The translations under genes and the position numbers were made by a program. From the NCBI GenBank assembly GCA_965224025.1, contig OZ245033.1:480001-544000 (forward strand): a stretch of DNA of 64,000 bases, given 5' to 3'. The DNA comes from Candidatus Multivorans sp. (GTDB lineage Bacteria; Acidobacteriota; Thermoanaerobaculia; Multivoradales; Multivoraceae). Positions 10,786 through 20,373 of the stretch are shown here, piece by piece. Position 1 is the stretch's first letter; each line of letters starts with the position of its first letter. The notes under the pieces are model-generated. The model made no database searches and was not told the DNA's origin. It saw only the letters and a program-made list of their open reading frames with translations.

Positions 10786-12126
10786 TCACGCCGCCTCCCA
10801 CAACCTTCGAACCGGCACGGCGTACATGCCATGCCCGAAACCCGTACTTGCCTCGCCGTCATAGAGCACGACTCCGCGGACGAAGCGCTTGCCCGCTGCC
10901 CTGGCCAGCTTGCGCAGGCCACTGAAGTCCGCGTGCGTGACGGTGGCTGCGGCCTTGATCTCCACTCCGGCAATGAACCGGGCGCCGCGCTCGATCACGA
11001 GGTCCACTTCCGCGCCGTCCTTGTCGCGGAAGTGGTGGAACCTCATGGACGCGTCGTGCCAACTTGCCTGGCGCCGCAGTTCCTGGAACACGAAGGTCTC
11101 CAGAAGCCGTCCGAGCAAGGAACGGTCGCCGGCGAGCGCCGGGGCGTCCACGCCCAGCAGCGCGGCGGCAAGGCCGGTATCGCCGACGTGCAGCTTGGGC
11201 GTCTTGATCAACCGGCTCAGGCGGTTGCTGTGCCAGGGCTGGAGTCGTTCCAGCAGGAAGAGCCTCTCCAGGAGCGCGACGTAGTCGCCGATCGTGGGCC
11301 GGCTCAGGTTGAAGGGCGAGGCCAGACTGGTGAGGTTGAAGAGTCTGGCGGTCTGTGAAGCAGTGGCACTCAGGAGAGCGGGCAGGATGTCGAACGATCG
11401 GATTCGTGTCATGTCGCGGACGTCGCGCTGGATTTGCGTTTCAACGTAGTTGCGATGCCATTCGGCCTGGCGTTCGGCGGTTGGACGCAGGAGCGCCGCG
11501 GGGAATCCGCCCGCGACGATCCGGTCAATGAGCCGCTTGCCGAGCCGCTCGGTTCGACGCACCGGGAATCCCTCTCCGAACAGGGCGCTCAGGAATCCGG
11601 TGCTGGAGTAGGAATCGCCGCGTACGGCCGGGTCGGCCAGTTCGTACTGCGCCAGCGGATGCAGCGGCACGATCTGCAGGCGACCCGCCAGGGATTCGGA
11701 CAGCGCCGGGAGGAGCAGCACGTTGGTGGAACCGGTGAGTACGAAGCGGCCGGGCGCCCGGCGTCGGTCGACCTCCATCTTGAGCGCTTCGAACAGGCTC
11801 GGAACGTGCTGGACTTCGTCCAGGATGACTCGTTCGGGCAGGTCCGCGACGAAGCCCGCGGGATCGGCCCTGGCGCCCTCTCTGGCGACCGCGTCGTCGA
11901 AGCTGATGTAGGCGTAGTCCCGGTGGCTTGGCCCCCGCGTTGGCCGGATGCCGCTCCAGGCTGCGGAGTCGCCGCCCCAGGTCAAGCGGTGCGAAGCGCA
12001 GGCGTATTGGGCGAGGGTCGTCTTGCCGCACTGCCGCGGACCGTGGATGAGCACGACCGGCGAGTCTTCCAGCGCTTCGGCCAAGCGCTCCTCGGCGCTG
12101 CGTGGATAGAAGATCGGCGTCGGCAT
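10786..12126 (-). CDS. AAA+ ATPase with C-terminal DUF4143 domain
   Basis: GPRQCGKTT Walker A, ILDEVQ Walker B, LTGS, KTPKLHVGDTGL, FRDKDGAEVDLVIE..EIK. Confidence 0.92.
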   Translation of the reverse strand: MPTPIFYPRSAEERLAEALEDSPVVLIHGPRQCGKTTLAQYACASHRLTWGGDSAAWSGIRPTRGPSHRDYAYISFDDAVAREGARADPAGFVADLPERVILDEVQHVPSLFEALKMEVDRRRAPGRFVLTGSTNVLLLPALSESLAGRLQIVPLHPLAQYELADPAVRGDSYSSTGFLSALFGEGFPVRRTERLGKRLIDRIVAGGFPAALLRPTAERQAEWHRNYVETQIQRDVRDMTRIRSFDILPALLSATASQTARLFNLTSLASPFNLSRPTIGDYVALLERLFLLERLQPWHSNRLSRLIKTPKLHVGDTGLAAALLGVDAPALAGDRSLLGRLLETFVFQELRRQASWHDASMRFHHFRDKDGAEVDLVIERGARFIAGVEIKAAATVTHADFSGLRKLARAAGKRFVRGVVLYDGEASTGFGHGMYAVPVRRLWEAA

Positions 12127-12231
12127 TCGGCCGATCGTAACGTTGATGGTCGACTGATTGCAAGGTTGAGGCTCGGCCAATCGAAAGCTTGGGGTTCGGC
12201 CAATCGTAAGGTTGAGCGTCGGCCAATCGCA
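12127..12231. repeat. 4.5 degenerate 23-bp tandem repeats abutting the ATPase start codon
   Basis: Units start at 12127, 12150, 12173, 12196 and 12219; consensus TCGGCCAATCGyAAGGTTGAGgn. Confidence 0.85.
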
Positions 12232-12259
12232 GATCTCTCGATTCCGGAGACCCGATCCC

Positions 12260-15200
12260 TCAGGGCGGACTCCAGAGCCAGTCCAAGTCGGAGAAGGCAA
12301 GTTCCGGGCCGAAGTTCTCGATGTTGTCTTCGACGTTCAGGATCAGGCACCTCTCGGTACCGCCGTTCTTTGGCCCTCGCAAGCCGCGGCCGATCATCTG
12401 GAAGTAAAGATTCGGGCTGTAGACCGGGCGGGCAACGAGGATCGCGCGCGTCTTCGGCGCGTCGAAGCCTTCGCGGAACACGCCGTAGTTCACGAGTGCC
12501 CGAAGGGCCCCGCTGCGGAACTCCTCCACGACCTGGCGGCGAGTCGCGGTGTCGGTTTCTCCGCTGACCGCGCGGGACGGAATGCCCTGACACTCGAGGA
12601 GCGCGGCGAGGGTCTTCGCGTGTTCAACGGATGTGGCGAAGACGAGGGTTGGCCAGTCGCGTTCGATGTGCTTCTCGAACGCGCCAAGGATCCGCTTGGT
12701 GCGGGCGGTGCTGCCGGCGATGCGGTCTTCCACCGCTCTGGGAAGCCAGGGCAGGTTCCACCGCTCGCCGTTCCATCCCTCCCGGCGCATGGGCCGGAGG
12801 TCGTCGTCGCGCAAATGGAAGGTGTCGCCCCGGATCACGCCGTGGTCCACCTGAGAGAGGATTCCCATTTCCTGCAGGTGCTGAACGACGGCGGGCGGGT
12901 CGTCCATCGGGAACGCCCCGTTGTCAAGTCGTCGTTTCCCGTAGCGATTGACCAGCCTGGCCGTCTCCTCTTCGTCTCTCCCGCGGTAGGGCGTGGCGGT
13001 GAGGCCGACCAGGAACGGCTCGTCAGGCTTCGGGTAGCGGGTCAGGCCCGTCTCCTCCATCACGGACGTGTAGGTCGGGGCGATGGACCGATGCGCTTCG
13101 TCGAAGACGACGAGTTGAAGATCGGCCAGGAATGCGTAGTCAGGGTGCCCGAGCCGTGCCCGCAGCGTCTGGATTGAAGCGACCACGACGTGCCGCTTGG
13201 TCAACGGACGAGGACTTTCCTGACCGGCCCACGCTCTGGAGATGCGCAGACGCTCGCCGGAGTCGCCGACGCTCGCCCACACTTGCCGCCACGCCTCGAC
13301 AGCTTGCTCGCAAAGCTCGTCGCGGTCGGCGACCCAGAGCACTCCGCCGGGGAAGTCGCCTTCCCGTGTCGCTTCGACAATCGCCTGCACCGCAACCCGC
13401 GTCTTCCCGGCGCCGGTCGGCAGACTGATCATGGCCCGGCGTTCGCCTCCCGCAGCCGATTCGCCTCCCAGCAATGCCTGAAGATTCTCAGCGACCCGTT
13501 CCTGGTAGTCGTGCAGCGGAGGGAGCTTCTCAGGACCCCGAACTTCCAGCCAGGGGTCCCGCTTGGGGGTTCGCTTGCCGGCCCAGTCGTCGGCGAAACC
13601 GAGAGCCTGGACGAAAGCGATTGCCCGTGATGAACCGGCCCACTGTTTCGGGGGATCGAGGTCGTGCAGTGCTTCACGGTGCCGCCGCAGTGCGTCCGTA
13701 TGCCAGGTCGCGATGGCCGCCTCGGCGAGTCTCTTGCCGCCGAGTTCCTTGCCGTCGACTTCAAGCATGGCGAGCAGCATGTCGGGGAGTTGGTTGCGTA
13801 GAGCCTGTTCGCCGACAGCGGCCAGCAACCGATCTGCGGCCGACGACTTCTGGCGGATCGCGTCGCGGCGGGCTTGGACCTCCCTGGGCGTCCTCCGGTC
13901 GAGGATCTGCTGGAGCGTGTCTTCGGTGAGGTCTAGCTCCAGCTCCCTGGAGACCAGCCGCAGTTGCTTTTCCTCCTCCGCTACGGAGTCCGCGAGGTAG
14001 GCGTTCAAGTGCCTGGCTCTGCAGTCCACGTCTCGACCCGCGACCAGGATCCGCTTGCAGCGGATCAGCAGGCAATCCGACCTGTCCGCCGGCAGTACCG
14101 CGCCGAGACCCGGCCAGACGTCGGTCAGGAAGACGGGCTCCGCTTCTCCGATGAACTCCGGTCTCGGGTCCGTCAGGTCGAAGGCATCGCGGATCGACTC
14201 CCAGTTCTCGTGCCGATAGAGGACATCGGCTTCGCCGTTCTTCGGAGGTTGGCCGTGCGCGTCGCCGAACGAGACAATGCCGGCTGGTGTTCTGATCCGC
14301 CCGTGCTTCATCAGCGTGGGAACCGCCAAGGACCTGAAGCGAGCCGACGGGTATGCCTGACCGTTCGTGCCGCTATGGCCCATCGACCAGTGGGTGAACG
14401 TTGCCTCGAGTTCAAGGAGCTCGTCGGTGTAGGCCAACCGTCCCTCGTCGGAGAGCCTCGCGAGTACGTCGAGCGGGCCCGCCCCCTTGGCCGATCCGAC
14501 GAAGTCTCCGTCGCCGGACCAGTGTCCGAAGCGGAGGTAGCCATGCTGGGGGGTATGCGGAAGGTCATCCCGTTGCCGGTACTTCGCCTCGCACTCTCGC
14601 CGGAAGACCTCGAAGTCGACAGCGAACGAGAGGTTCCAGCCGGGTGCAGGGCGATCGGTGGTGCCCAATTCCTTTAGCAGGTCGAGGTCCCGGCGGTGGA
14701 CGTCTCGTCAATTGTCGCCTCTCCGTCCCTGCTCCCGTCGGATGGCACGATGGGCCCCGGAAACAGCACGGAAGCGAGCGGCTGCCAAGCGTCGGCGAGG
14801 GTTCGCGCCTTGACGCGGTAAGGCAACACGCCAGGGTGGTTCGCTATCTCGGCGGCGATGTCGAATGCCCTGCTTGCGTCGAGTCTTCGAGCAGCAGCCC
14901 AGAACGCATCCCAAGCGTCCTCTGCGGGTTTGGTCTGGCGGCTTCCCAGTCCTACCCGTCGAGCGGCGCGCCTGAAGGTGGCTTCGGGGCTTGGCGTTCG
15001 GAGGCCCAGCGCCTGGAGGACCTTCCTCGTTGGCGGGTCCTGGGCGAGTCGACGATGAACCGTCGATGCCTCTTCCCCATCGACCGCGGCCGCTTCGGCG
15101 GGAAGAAAGACCGAGTCGGCGTCGACCGGCTTCCACTCGTTGGCCTCGGTCAGAACGATGTTGCCCAGGTTCGTCCCTTGGCGCACCGCTTCGGGAATGG

Positions 15201-16750
15201 CCTACGCCGTGCGTAGGGCGGCCCTCGATGCGGCGACTGCCTGCTCGCCCGAACTGCCTTCGACCAGGGCTTCCAGCCACTCCTGCAGAGAGGCGCGGGG
15301 GGCTGGCTGTCGGTAGTAGTTGCCCGGAAACAGGCGGTCGATCCGGGAGAGCCGCTCGCGGGTCAGCGCCGAGTGGCTAAGCCAGTTCGTTGGCCGGCCC
15401 TCGTATGCCGCCCACCGTTTGAAAGGGGCCTCGTCCGTTTGAAAGGGGCCTCGTCGATCCGGTTGCCGGATGTGAGTTCACTGGGCGGATAGCGAAGCGC
15501 GTCAGGTACCTGGACGTCACCGTTCTGGTCGGGCACGATCGGGCGTCGCGACAGATGGCCGAACAGTTCGCGCCGCAGGAGCGCTGCCTGGTCCGTGTCG
15601 CCGGCTTCGTGTCGGCGCGGCAGAACGTCGAGGTGGCGGGCCGGATCGTCCTCGGCCCGGAGCCCGGCGATCTCTTCGGCAACCACCTTCGCCGCAGCCG
15701 GATGATCTCGTCGTTGTAGGGGCCCGACAGCAGATTCTGGCGGTCCTCGTTCGTCTTCCACGGCGCGTTCAGGATGCCGCCGACGAGACTCGCCGTCCGG
15801 GTAGGAAAGTAGGCCCAGAAGTGCCCTACGTCTCGGCTAACGTCGAGCGACGCTGCCCACGTGATCGGAACCTCGTTGCTGTCATCAAGCGAACGGCGGT
15901 CGCTGCGGGCACTCACGGAGAGCGTGTGCATCGTCTGGAAGATGCGCCATCGGCTGGTTTGTTCCGTTACCTGCGAGACGTCCGCCTTGAGCAGTTCGAA
16001 CACCGCGTCCGACTGTTGACGAAGCGTGTAGCGGCTTATGGACTGGCCATCGTCGAGGTGCAACTCCCGGACATGATGGACGAGGAGCAGGAACTCCGCC
16101 GGGAAGTCCCTGATCTGCTGTCTGAGAGCCCCCACTCCTCGCTCCAGGAGCGGCAGGCGTACGATGTTCGTCGCCCAACTCATCAGTTCCCCGAGCGTGC
16201 CGTCCTCGTCCTCGGCGCGACACGGGTCGAGCGATTCGGGCAGCCGAAGAACCGGATAGTCCCGGAACTCGCGCCCGGTTGCCGCCTCGATCACCTGCCT
16301 CGCGTGTTCTCGGCCAAACCGGAACGAAACGGAGCGGCTGTAGAACTCTGGGGCATCGGTGACGCCGAGCACCGACTTGAACCCGAGCCCAAACCTGCCG
16401 ATCGCCGCCGTGTCCCTCTTGCTTGACAAGTGGGCAAACATGAGGGCCGTGATTCCGCTCTCATCAACCGGCAGGCCGTCGTCCGCGCAGTAGAGGTTGT
16501 CTCCAGACAATCTGATGCTGATCCTGCGGCGGCCGCTCTCGGCTTGAAGCAGGGCGTCTGCGCTGTTCTGCACGAGCTCGATGATCTGCCGGTCCGCGTA
16601 GCCGCCGCGGGCGGTGTCGTGTTCCTGGTTTACGTGTTCGTACACGAGGTTTGGTTGGTTCCCGTAGGAGGCCAGGGTGCCTTTCGTCTCCCGCCGAATG
16701 AAGTCGGCAAGTGGGCTCTCTGGACCTGCCCAGGCTTCGCGACCATGATG
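12260..16750 (-). pseudogene. Sacsin-like GHKL ATPase + DEAD/DEAH SF2 helicase fusion (~1450 codons), disrupted
   Basis: N-terminus ELVQNSADA..DDG..IGRFGLGFKSV; C-terminus LPTGAGKT, DEAH, TAT, EGFDAP, QMIGRGLRG; lesions at ~15699 (indel), 15415-15454 (20-bp duplication), 15202 (in-frame TAG) and ~14700 (indel). Confidence 0.85.
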
Positions 16751-16917
16751 GACGCTGGGACTCCCAGCTTCAATGGCGTTCCTCAAGGGGCTCTCCTGGC
16801 CTTCCGGGCGCGGGCTTTCCGCGTTGGTCTCTGACCCTGATCTCACTACAGATTCGAACGATTGATGCCCGTGGCCGCGTGCTCCCACCGGGCCCGGGAG
16901 GTGTCTTGACTTCTCGA

Positions 16918-17940
16918 TCAGACGACGATCCGCGCCACCCGCTCCACGAACCAGAACGCCGCGATGATTCCAGTCGCGTAAATCGGCGTACGCAGGACGA
17001 GCTCCGGCACGACGATCCCTACCCGGTTGACGGCCGCCACCAGTGCCAGCACGACCGCGACGACCAGGAGTTGTCCCACCTCGACCCCGACGTTGAACAG
17101 GAACAGGGCCATCGCGATCGCCCGCTGCGGCAGGCCGATTTCGGCCAGAGCGCCGGCGAAGCCGAAGCCGTGCAGCAGGCCGAAGGCGAACGCGATAAGC
17201 CAGGGGCTCTTCGTCGTGATCGGCGATCGCTGGTCCTCGGGCCGCAGCAGCTCGACCGCCAGGAACAGGATGGACAGGGCGATGACCGCCTCGACGGGCG
17301 CCGAGGACAGCTTGACGACATCGAGGGATGACAAGGCAAGCGTGATGCTGTGGGCAAGCGTGAAAGAGGTGATCACGCCGACCAGGCGCCACGGACTGCG
17401 GACGTAGAAGAGCAGTCCGATCACGAACAGGATGTGGTCGAAGCCGAACAGCAGATGCTCGACGCCGAGCCGGAAGTAGGGCGCGGCGTTCCCCGCCGCC
17501 TCTCGGTCGACGGTGTACGAGGGCGCCTCCGGGCGCAGCAGTTGGGTCAGGCTGTCGCCACCTGTGAAGCTGATGCGGAGCAGGACGTCGGTGAGCGTCC
17601 GTTCGAGCCCCTGGATGGCGAAGATGTCGCCGTGGAACGTGCGCTCCGGGTCGGTGTCCGGCGCCTCGCACTCGACCGTCCAGCGTTCGACCAGGGCGCC
17701 GGCGAGGTTCTCGGGCGGCTGCCGGGCGGTCTCGGTGCAATAGTCCGGGAGGATCGGGTCGAGCAGCAGCAGGAGCGCGCCGCGCCGCGGCTGCTTCCAG
17801 ACGACCTCGAAGCGGCCGGTCTCGACCTCGATCAGCTCCAGGTAGCCGGGGCGGACCTCGTGGCCGCCGGCGGGGGCGGCGGCGAAGAGCCCGACCAGGA
17901 TCGCCGCCGCCGGCAGCCCGTGCAGGCAGCGCCGTGTCAG
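16918..17940 (-). CDS. HupE/UreJ family membrane protein with N-terminal periplasmic domain (probable CTG start)
   Basis: The frame extends past the called ORF: AGGHEVRPGYLEL...GVEHLLFGFDHILF...FTLAHSITL...FGLLHGFGFA...FNVGVEVGQ. Confidence 0.88.
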   Translation of the reverse strand: MTRRCLHGLPAAAILVGLFAAAPAGGHEVRPGYLELIEVETGRFEVVWKQPRRGALLLLLDPILPDYCTETARQPPENLAGALVERWTVECEAPDTDPERTFHGDIFAIQGLERTLTDVLLRISFTGGDSLTQLLRPEAPSYTVDREAAGNAAPYFRLGVEHLLFGFDHILFVIGLLFYVRSPWRLVGVITSFTLAHSITLALSSLDVVKLSSAPVEAVIALSILFLAVELLRPEDQRSPITTKSPWLIAFAFGLLHGFGFAGALAEIGLPQRAIAMALFLFNVGVEVGQLLVVAVVLALVAAVNRVGIVVPELVLRTPIYATGIIAAFWFVERVARIVV

Positions 17941-18854
17941 GGCGCGTCTCCGCCGGCTTCGTCACCTCCTTCGAGTTCGGAGGCGAAGTCGATCTCTTCG
18001 ATCTCGATCTCGTAGCGGTTGCGCAGGTTGTCGTGGGCTTCGCGGTTCGCCGCGTCGCGGGCGTCGCGCTGGGCGTCCTCGAGCACCCGCCGGCGCGCGT
18101 CCTCGAACACGGCCGGCTTCGCCTCGGTGCGAAGAGAAAGGCGGACGATGTGGTAGCCGTAGGCCGACTCCACCGGCCCGGCCCACTCGCCGACCGGCAG
18201 GTCTGCGAGAGCGTCGACGAAAGCGCCGCCGAAGAGCTCCGCGAGGTCGGCGGCGGTGCGCCGCCCGTACTCGCGGCGCAGCATGAAGGGGTCGCCCAGG
18301 CGCCGCCAGAGCGTGTTCTCGGGTTCGGCGCCCCCACCCTCTTCCGTGAGTTGTACGAGGATGTCCGCGGCCACCCGTGCCGCCTCCTCGTCGCTGCCGC
18401 GGCGGTCGGGGCTGACGTAGACGTGGCGAAGGGTGAACCGCTGCGCGTCTCCGTAGCGTTCCGCGTTCTCCTCGAAGTAGGCGGCGAGCTCGCCCTCGGA
18501 TATCGCGTCGACCACGACCGTGTCCTCGATCAGGAAGGACATCTTCTGGGCGAGGCGTCTGCGCACGATCGTGTCGTCGCCGTCGAGGCCCATCCGCATC
18601 GCCTCGCGGACCAGGACCTCCTCCCGGATGTGGTCTTCGACCAGGGAGTCGAGCTCGGCGGCGGTCGGCAGACGCCCGATCTGGGCGCTCCAGAGGGTCG
18701 CCAGCCGGACCACCTGGTCCCGGGTAACGAGAACGTTGCGGCTCTCCGGGTCGAAGACGCCGCCGGCCATGCGGTCGAGGGCGAACACCCCCGCTCCGAT
18801 ACCTAAGAACACCAGCAGGGGGTCGCGAAGGAAGCGGCGAACAGAGTCACGCAT
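17937..18854 (-). CDS. PpiC-type peptidyl-prolyl isomerase (rotamase)
   Basis: EEVLVREA..GLD..DTIVRRRLAQKM, FG..F, WAGPVESAYGYHIV. Confidence 0.88.
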   Translation of the reverse strand: MRDSVRRFLRDPLLVFLGIGAGVFALDRMAGGVFDPESRNVLVTRDQVVRLATLWSAQIGRLPTAAELDSLVEDHIREEVLVREAMRMGLDGDDTIVRRRLAQKMSFLIEDTVVVDAISEGELAAYFEENAERYGDAQRFTLRHVYVSPDRRGSDEEAARVAADILVQLTEEGGGAEPENTLWRRLGDPFMLRREYGRRTAADLAELFGGAFVDALADLPVGEWAGPVESAYGYHIVRLSLRTEAKPAVFEDARRRVLEDAQRDARDAANREAHDNLRNRYEIEIEEIDFASELEGGDEAGGDAP

Positions 18855-18924
18855 AGCGAGGGATACTACGCTCTCACGCTCGCGCCGCTGCAGCGTAGAA
18901 CCGTAGGTGGTCTATGGCCGCCGC

Positions 18925-18969
18925 CCTGGGAACCCGGGCGTCTCGCCCGCATCCGGCGCAGAGCGCCGG
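18925..18969 (-). repeat. REP-like palindromic repeat copy
   Basis: Reverse complement reads CCGGCGCTCTGCGCCGGATGCGGGCGAGACGCCCGGGTTCCCAGG. Confidence 0.85.
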
Positions 18970-19040
18970 TTCTGGTGGCGATAGCCTCCCTCGAACCCGA
19001 GGTCTGCGGGTCGACGTCCAGGAAGAACGGAGGGGTCGTG

Positions 19041-20096
19041 ATGGCGAACGAAGAACGGCGACGCGTGGCAGCGATTGTGCGGGCGGGTTGTCTTGCCGGA
19101 ACCGTGTTCTTGGGCGCTGCGGTTCCGGCTGCCGGACAGACGAAGACCGGCGGCGACGCGGAACGCGAGAAGGTCCTGTTCGACTGCGACATCGGCTCGG
19201 ACATCGACGACGCCTACGCCATGGCGCTGCTCCTGGCGAGCCCGGAGATCGAGCTCGTCGGCGTCACCGTCGGCCACGCGCGCACGCCGGACCGGGCGCT
19301 GCTGGCGCTGCGCATGCTCTACGAGACGGGGCTTGACCACATCCCGGTCTACGTCGGCCGGGAGACGGCGTTGGTTACGCTGCGCGACGGCGAACCTCAC
19401 GACGAGTTCAAGCAGGCGCCGTACAACCGGCAGTTCCACTGGGGCCGGGGCTTCGACGAACTGGAACCGGAGTCGCAGCCGGCGGCCGAGTTCATCGTCG
19501 AGGCGCTCAGCGCCAACCCGGGCGAGATCACTCTGCTGACCGTCGGCCCGGTGACCAACATCGGCGACGCGCTGCTACTCGACCCGGACGTCCTCAAGAA
19601 CGCGAAGCGCGTCCTCTCGATGTACGGCTCGATCCGGTCCGGCTACGACGGCGGCGAAGCCCAGCGCGAGTGGAACGTCCTCGCTGATGCGGCGTCGTCG
19701 AAGGTCTTCGACCACGCGGTCCAGCGCGGCGGCACGGACGTCGTCTACATACCGCTCGACGTGACGGACCACGTCCGCCTCGACGCCGACCGCCGTCTCC
19801 ACCTGCACATGCGCGGGACCCCGATCACCGACGCGGTCACCTCGCTCTACTCCCTGTGGCGAGACGAAGAAAGAGACCAGACCACTCCGCGCCTCTTCGA
19901 CGCCGTCGCCGTCGGCTTCCTCCTATGGCCCGATCTCTTCGGCCTCGAACACGGCCGCGTCACCGTCGACGAACGCAGCATGACCCTCTTCAAACCGGGC
20001 GCAGAACCCACATCCACCGTCGCCCTCACCATCGACGACGCCGAGTTCATCGAACGCATGGTCGTCCGCTACCTGGAACAGACACTGCGCCGCTGA
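19041..20096 (+). CDS. Nucleoside hydrolase (IU-NH family), probably exported
   Basis: DCDIGSDIDDA, VGPVTNI, EWNVLAD, PLDVT; signal-peptide-like N-terminus. Confidence 0.88.
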   Translation: MANEERRRVAAIVRAGCLAGTVFLGAAVPAAGQTKTGGDAEREKVLFDCDIGSDIDDAYAMALLLASPEIELVGVTVGHARTPDRALLALRMLYETGLDHIPVYVGRETALVTLRDGEPHDEFKQAPYNRQFHWGRGFDELEPESQPAAEFIVEALSANPGEITLLTVGPVTNIGDALLLDPDVLKNAKRVLSMYGSIRSGYDGGEAQREWNVLADAASSKVFDHAVQRGGTDVVYIPLDVTDHVRLDADRRLHLHMRGTPITDAVTSLYSLWRDEERDQTTPRLFDAVAVGFLLWPDLFGLEHGRVTVDERSMTLFKPGAEPTSTVALTIDDAEFIERMVVRYLEQTLRR

Positions 20097-20129
20097 GCAT
20101 CGGTACTCGGCGTCGTCCGCACGCCTGCT

Positions 20130-20373
20130 TCAAGTCGCCGCTCATCGAACCGGACGTGCGGTTTTCCCGCATCCGGCTCTCGGACGGGATCAAGCCTTCG
20201 CCCACGGAAAGCGTGCGGTGCGCACGGTCAGGTGAGTGAGGCCGTACTCTTTCCAGAGCATCTCGTCGGGGAAGCGCACGTGCTTCGCCGATCTCACCTT
20301 GTGCTTACGGCACAGCCACTGTCGCAGCCGCCGGGTCGCGTGCCGGTCCACCGCGGAGTAAGACGGACTCACC
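20130..20373 (-). mobile_element. Group II intron fragment: end of RT/maturase ORF plus domain V
   Basis: RRLRQWLCRKHK..FPWAKA* followed by GAGCCGGATGCGGGAAAACCGCACGTCCGGTTCGATGAGCGG (domain V at 20147-20179). Confidence 0.9.

Noticed and set aside
12127-12231. CRISPR array
   Set aside because: The units are contiguous 23-mers with no unique spacers, and no cas genes are nearby.
15377-18337. 986-aa ORF
   Set aside because: It is an off-frame run through the PPIase and HupE genes joined to the sacsin-like N-terminus, not a single gene.
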